Shown here piece after piece: positions 60,566 to 64,000 of a DNA stretch of 64,000 bases; position 1 is the first letter of the stretch; each line of letters opens with the position of its first letter. A program made the translations under genes and the position numbers. A model generated the notes under the pieces. It ran no database searches, was not told where the DNA came from, and saw nothing but the letters and a program-made list of their open reading frames with translations. Source of the stretch: Nitrosopumilus sp. (GTDB taxonomy: Archaea; Thermoproteota; Nitrososphaeria; Nitrososphaerales; Nitrosopumilaceae); assembly GCA_965214775.1 (NCBI GenBank), contig OZ243974.1, forward strand, positions 1,728,001-1,792,000. Direction: 5' to 3'.

Positions 60566-61301
60566 ATGGAAACCAAATCAAAACTAGCGGACATGTACCA
60601 CACCGCAGAGGAGATCATCAACAATTATCCAAAATACAAGGAACATTTCTTGGAGTGGCTGGAATACTTGTACGAGTTTATCCCTTAGGCGTCACTGCTG
60701 TCTGGAACCTTCATGATCACGCCTGACCCGCCGTATCTCAGGTGAGGGATAAACTCCTACGGAATACTTCCCTAGTCCGTTAAAGACCACATACAACGGC
60801 ACGGGCAACATATACTTCAAATTCGGCTCCGGTTCTACCGTAATGCGGTTTAACGGGTGGTCTGACTATGCCGTACCGGATCCCATCCTGAACAGGATCG
60901 AGGCCATAAAGAGGGCGCTGGAGTTTGCCCGTACCGACGAATTCATGCTGGACAGGTGCGTCATCGACGTGCCGGACAGATCCGAGGAGGACAAACCGCG
61001 GTACGTCTGTCTCAAGCAGGTGGCATCTACCCCGTTCTGGAAGGTGGACGGGATATCGTGCAGCAGCGGCCACGGCGTGCTGATATACGTGGATGCACTG
61101 GACGGGAGGACCGTCTGGTTTAAGGGTGATGGCGAAAGTGCCTCCGGCAAGAAATACAGGCAATCACTACTTGACGATCAAGGCGTCTGGTTTTTGGAGG
61201 GAGATGACATCGTGTTTGCCAAGGACTGGCCGATGGTACATAGACGAGACTCACTGGCTTTTGGAGGACCAGATAAGGAGATAGGAATCATGACCAACTA
61301 A
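60566..61301 (+). pseudogene. Hypothetical gene split by MITE-A
   Basis: Removing the MITE and one TSD joins METKSK...WLEYF-PSPL...MRFNGW in frame. Confidence 0.7.
60670..60760. mobile_element. MITE-A copy, 9-bp TSD GGAATACTT
   Basis: GTACGAGTTTATCCC...GGGATAAACTCCTAC. Confidence 0.9.
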
Positions 61302-61749
61302 CCCGTAGTGCGTACAGTTGAAAATGGAATATTTTTTTGGCGAAATAGGCACGATGTGTCAAAATCATATTCCATTTTTTGATGTTGGTACTACAGGCAG
61401 CACGACAAACGACCATGCGTTTACGGTGAGGACATCCACCACGGGAGAGCGCGACATGGTCGACTCGGTGCTTGACGAGCTGCGCGTGTACGGCGCCGAG
61501 CTGTCGGCCCGGCAGGTGCGGCTGCTGCATGCAGCGGGCCTCGGCTAGCTTGTGCGATCACGGCGGACTGAATCCTCGCAGGAGTCTACCATTGGAGAAT
61601 TACCTGTGCGGGTCTTCGCGACCATGCTCCCCACGCCATATCTTCGAAATATCTATGTACGAAAAGTCATTCATTCCCTATCCTAGCATGTAAAGTCGAC
61701 AGCAGGACAGATGCGGATGTGGCGCTTGGTTTCTAATTCCAGATCATCT

Positions 61750-62223
61750 CTCAGGAATCAACACATATTGGATGTGATAATTCTAAATCAATAGTTTTGT
61801 CAAATTGTACTTTAACGCCAGGGACTGCCTTTGGCAACAGCAGATAAAATTTCCATGTTTCAATGATGGAATATCCTAATGATTCGGCTAGGTTCAATGA
61901 GGCAACACTAGATGTGCCAATTAACACAAGCGATGTCACAATTTTGTTTTCCAAACCAATTTTTTCAGAGAAAAGGGTTAGTTCAGACGTAATTTTTTGT
62001 CGTCCATGGTTTGGCGAAACTCTGATTCCCTCTCCGAAGTTGATTTCCGGATTTTAAAGCATAACAAATGCCAACGGGCCATTACTTTTCAAAAACTAGA
62101 AGGGTACCTTCTTCTTTTATTCAATGATCCCAGACAGATTCAATATAATCCCCCCCATGAGAACGTGGTTTGGCAGAATTTCAGGACCGTATCCTTGTCA
62201 TAGCGTGTGGCCCTTCTAATCAT
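61750..62223 (-). pseudogene. GNAT acetyltransferase pseudogene
   Basis: MIRRAT...WGDYIESVWDH, two stops, frameshift, EGIRVSP; 3' end at an IS5 TIR (61731-61750). Confidence 0.65.
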
Positions 62224-62295
62224 TTGAATTCAGCACCAGCACCAGCACCATCATCATACAAAAAAATATTAAGAAACACGGGATAAAAACATCAA

Positions 62296-62604
62296 ATGGG
62301 AAGAATTATCGCAGGCAAAACCTCAGATATCCCTCCAGGAAAGATGATCAAAGTGTCAATTGACGGAAGAGACATCCTAGTGGCAAATGTTGACGGAAGA
62401 TATTGCGCTACTGACGACACATGCACGCATTCAGGAGCAAGCCTCTCTGAAGGCAAATTAGACGGGTGTACCATCACGTGTGGCTGGCACAGTGCAGAAT
62501 TTGACTGCAAGACAGGCAAATTGACAAAATTTCCAGCAAAAATCAGGGATTTGACCTCGTACAATGTTTTGGTGGAATCTGACAGCGTGTTTGTAGAGAT
62601 GTAA
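62296..62604 (+). CDS. Rieske 2Fe-2S ferredoxin
   Basis: CTH...CGWH. Confidence 0.92.
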   Translation: MGRIIAGKTSDIPPGKMIKVSIDGRDILVANVDGRYCATDDTCTHSGASLSEGKLDGCTITCGWHSAEFDCKTGKLTKFPAKIRDLTSYNVLVESDSVFVEM

Positions 62605-62640
62605 CTATATACCTCTAATTTTTAACAAAAGGTGGAAAAA

Positions 62641-62910
62641 ATGGCAGACAATGCTCAAAACAAAGAATCAATGAAGGAGGCAATCGAGACGCTAAATCAA
62701 GTTGCCTCAAACAATTCCACCCCAAAGACCATCAAAAAGTCAATTACGGATTTGATTACAGGCCTGAACAGCGAGGAATACTCGTTGTCAGTAAGGGCTG
62801 CAAACACAATTAGTCTGTTAGACGACGTAACGCAAGACCCAAACATGCCGTCTTATGTCAGAACGCAGTTGTGGCAGGCAGTTTCAAAACTAGAAAGCAT
62901 AAGAGAATAA
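62641..62910 (+). CDS. UPF0147 family protein
   Basis: DPNMPSYVRTQLW. Confidence 0.88.
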   Translation: MADNAQNKESMKEAIETLNQVASNNSTPKTIKKSITDLITGLNSEEYSLSVRAANTISLLDDVTQDPNMPSYVRTQLWQAVSKLESIRE

Positions 62911-62935
62911 ATTCCGTATTGTCGTAGAGCCAGCG

Positions 62936-63697
62936 TTGAGGATAGAAGAATACCTGGAAACATTGCCTGAGAATCTGCTAAGCGGCGAGGACGTACAGCT
63001 GCCCAAAAAATCACTTCAGGAAATCTTTAGGTTCGTGGAACTGGGGGAAAACGACGTTTTTTATCATCTTGGATGCGGTGATGGAACGGGAGTTCGGATT
63101 GCCAAACAGGAGTTTAATGCAAAAAAAGCGGTGGGAATAGACAGCAACCGGGAAAAAATCGAGGATGCAAGAGACAACATCAAAGAGAAAAACGTTGATG
63201 CCGAATTTAGGTGTCAAGACATTCAAGATGCTGATTTGAGCGGTGCGTCGGTAATCCTGTTCTGGTTTGCAGATGATGAGATAATCAGCAAAATGCTTGA
63301 GAAATTTGAAAGTCTGGATGACGGAACCAGGATAATTACCATATGGGGTCCGCTTCCCGGCTGCCTGCCTGAAAAGGCAAACTTTCCATACATCCTAAAC
63401 AAAACCCCGTTTGCCAAGGCAAAGACAATGCAGGAGCAGCTTTTGGCTGTTTTCGGAGTCAAATGCGTGGATTTTGTCACTGCCTGGGAATTTGCAGAAA
63501 GATACACAAAATCCATAGGAAGTCCGGAGATCAAAAACGACCGGTTTTTGACAATTATTCAGACACTGGTAATCTGGATAAATGCAAAAAAATCAGGAGT
63601 TGCATGCGGAGACGGCATACCGGAGTCAATTCAGACGTACATCAACATCATGAAGGCGCATTTTGATATAGACTTTGAGCATCTGCTAAAAGATTGA
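62936..63697 (+). CDS. SAM-dependent methyltransferase
   Basis: YHLGCGDG...AVGID. Confidence 0.8.
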   Translation: MRIEEYLETLPENLLSGEDVQLPKKSLQEIFRFVELGENDVFYHLGCGDGTGVRIAKQEFNAKKAVGIDSNREKIEDARDNIKEKNVDAEFRCQDIQDADLSGASVILFWFADDEIISKMLEKFESLDDGTRIITIWGPLPGCLPEKANFPYILNKTPFAKAKTMQEQLLAVFGVKCVDFVTAWEFAERYTKSIGSPEIKNDRFLTIIQTLVIWINAKKSGVACGDGIPESIQTYINIMKAHFDIDFEHLLKD

Positions 63698-63742
63698 TTT
63701 GGTTTGTGCAATCCTTTTATCTTGTTTTGATGATACAAAGTC

Positions 63743-64000
63743 ATGGATGAAAGGATAAACATCAACGTATCTGCCGTAGATTATGACAAGACAAGCAAGG
63801 CACTGACTCATCAGCTGGCACTGCTAGAAGAGATGGCCCACAGCCAGGAAGATTTTGTGATGACGGATTCGGAATTTGCCTTTGGATGGCATTTTTTCGT
63901 GCTTGGCGTAAACAGATCACTGGTTTTGAAGCTGGCCGAAATGATGGGGCCGGATTTTGAAAAACTAAAGGGGAGGGGCCCGGAGAAGAAATTCCTCACA
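63743..64000 (+). CDS. Conserved hypothetical protein, partial
   Basis: Open frame MDERININVSAVDYDK... to the window end. Confidence 0.6.
   Translation, partial: MDERININVSAVDYDKTSKALTHQLALLEEMAHSQEDFVMTDSEFAFGWHFFVLGVNRSLVLKLAEMMGPDFEKLKGRGPEKKFLT

Overview
Archaeal chromosomal window, most likely Nitrosopumilaceae (Nitrososphaerota). This is inferred from the protein families present; the heavy IS/MITE load and pseudogenes suggest a host-associated lineage, which is also an inference. Core blocks are hemA-like/FNR/IMPase/RFC-L (5.4-11.9 kb), glmS-cobT-nnr-tRNA-Leu-rpoN-eno-rps2-mvk (21.4-29.5 kb), ipk-idi-GGPPS (51.3-53.7 kb), gltX-FAH (56.6-59.3 kb) and Rieske/UPF0147/MTase (62.3-64 kb). 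Between them lie accessory islands: a type III R-M plus tyrosine integrase module, two domain-shuffled secreted S1 serine proteases, an HNH nuclease, TA genes, a cluster of small Zn-finger ORFs, and many IS5, IS66, ISH3, IS630, IS481 and IS110 elements with at least six MITE families. Four observations stand out. (1) A non-canonical ~95-nt tRNA-like gene (anticodon TAG, very long variable arm, G73 or an 8-bp acceptor stem) lies among small membrane-protein genes that share one promoter motif. (2) A composite of two 91-bp IS66-type MITEs carries a 91-bp Vsr-like gene fragment and is inserted, with an 8-bp TSD, into an IS66 transposase. (3) The two secreted proteases use shared modules in different orders, and one has a catalytic Ser-to-Asn change. 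(4) Trinucleotide expansions are widespread, including inside genes.
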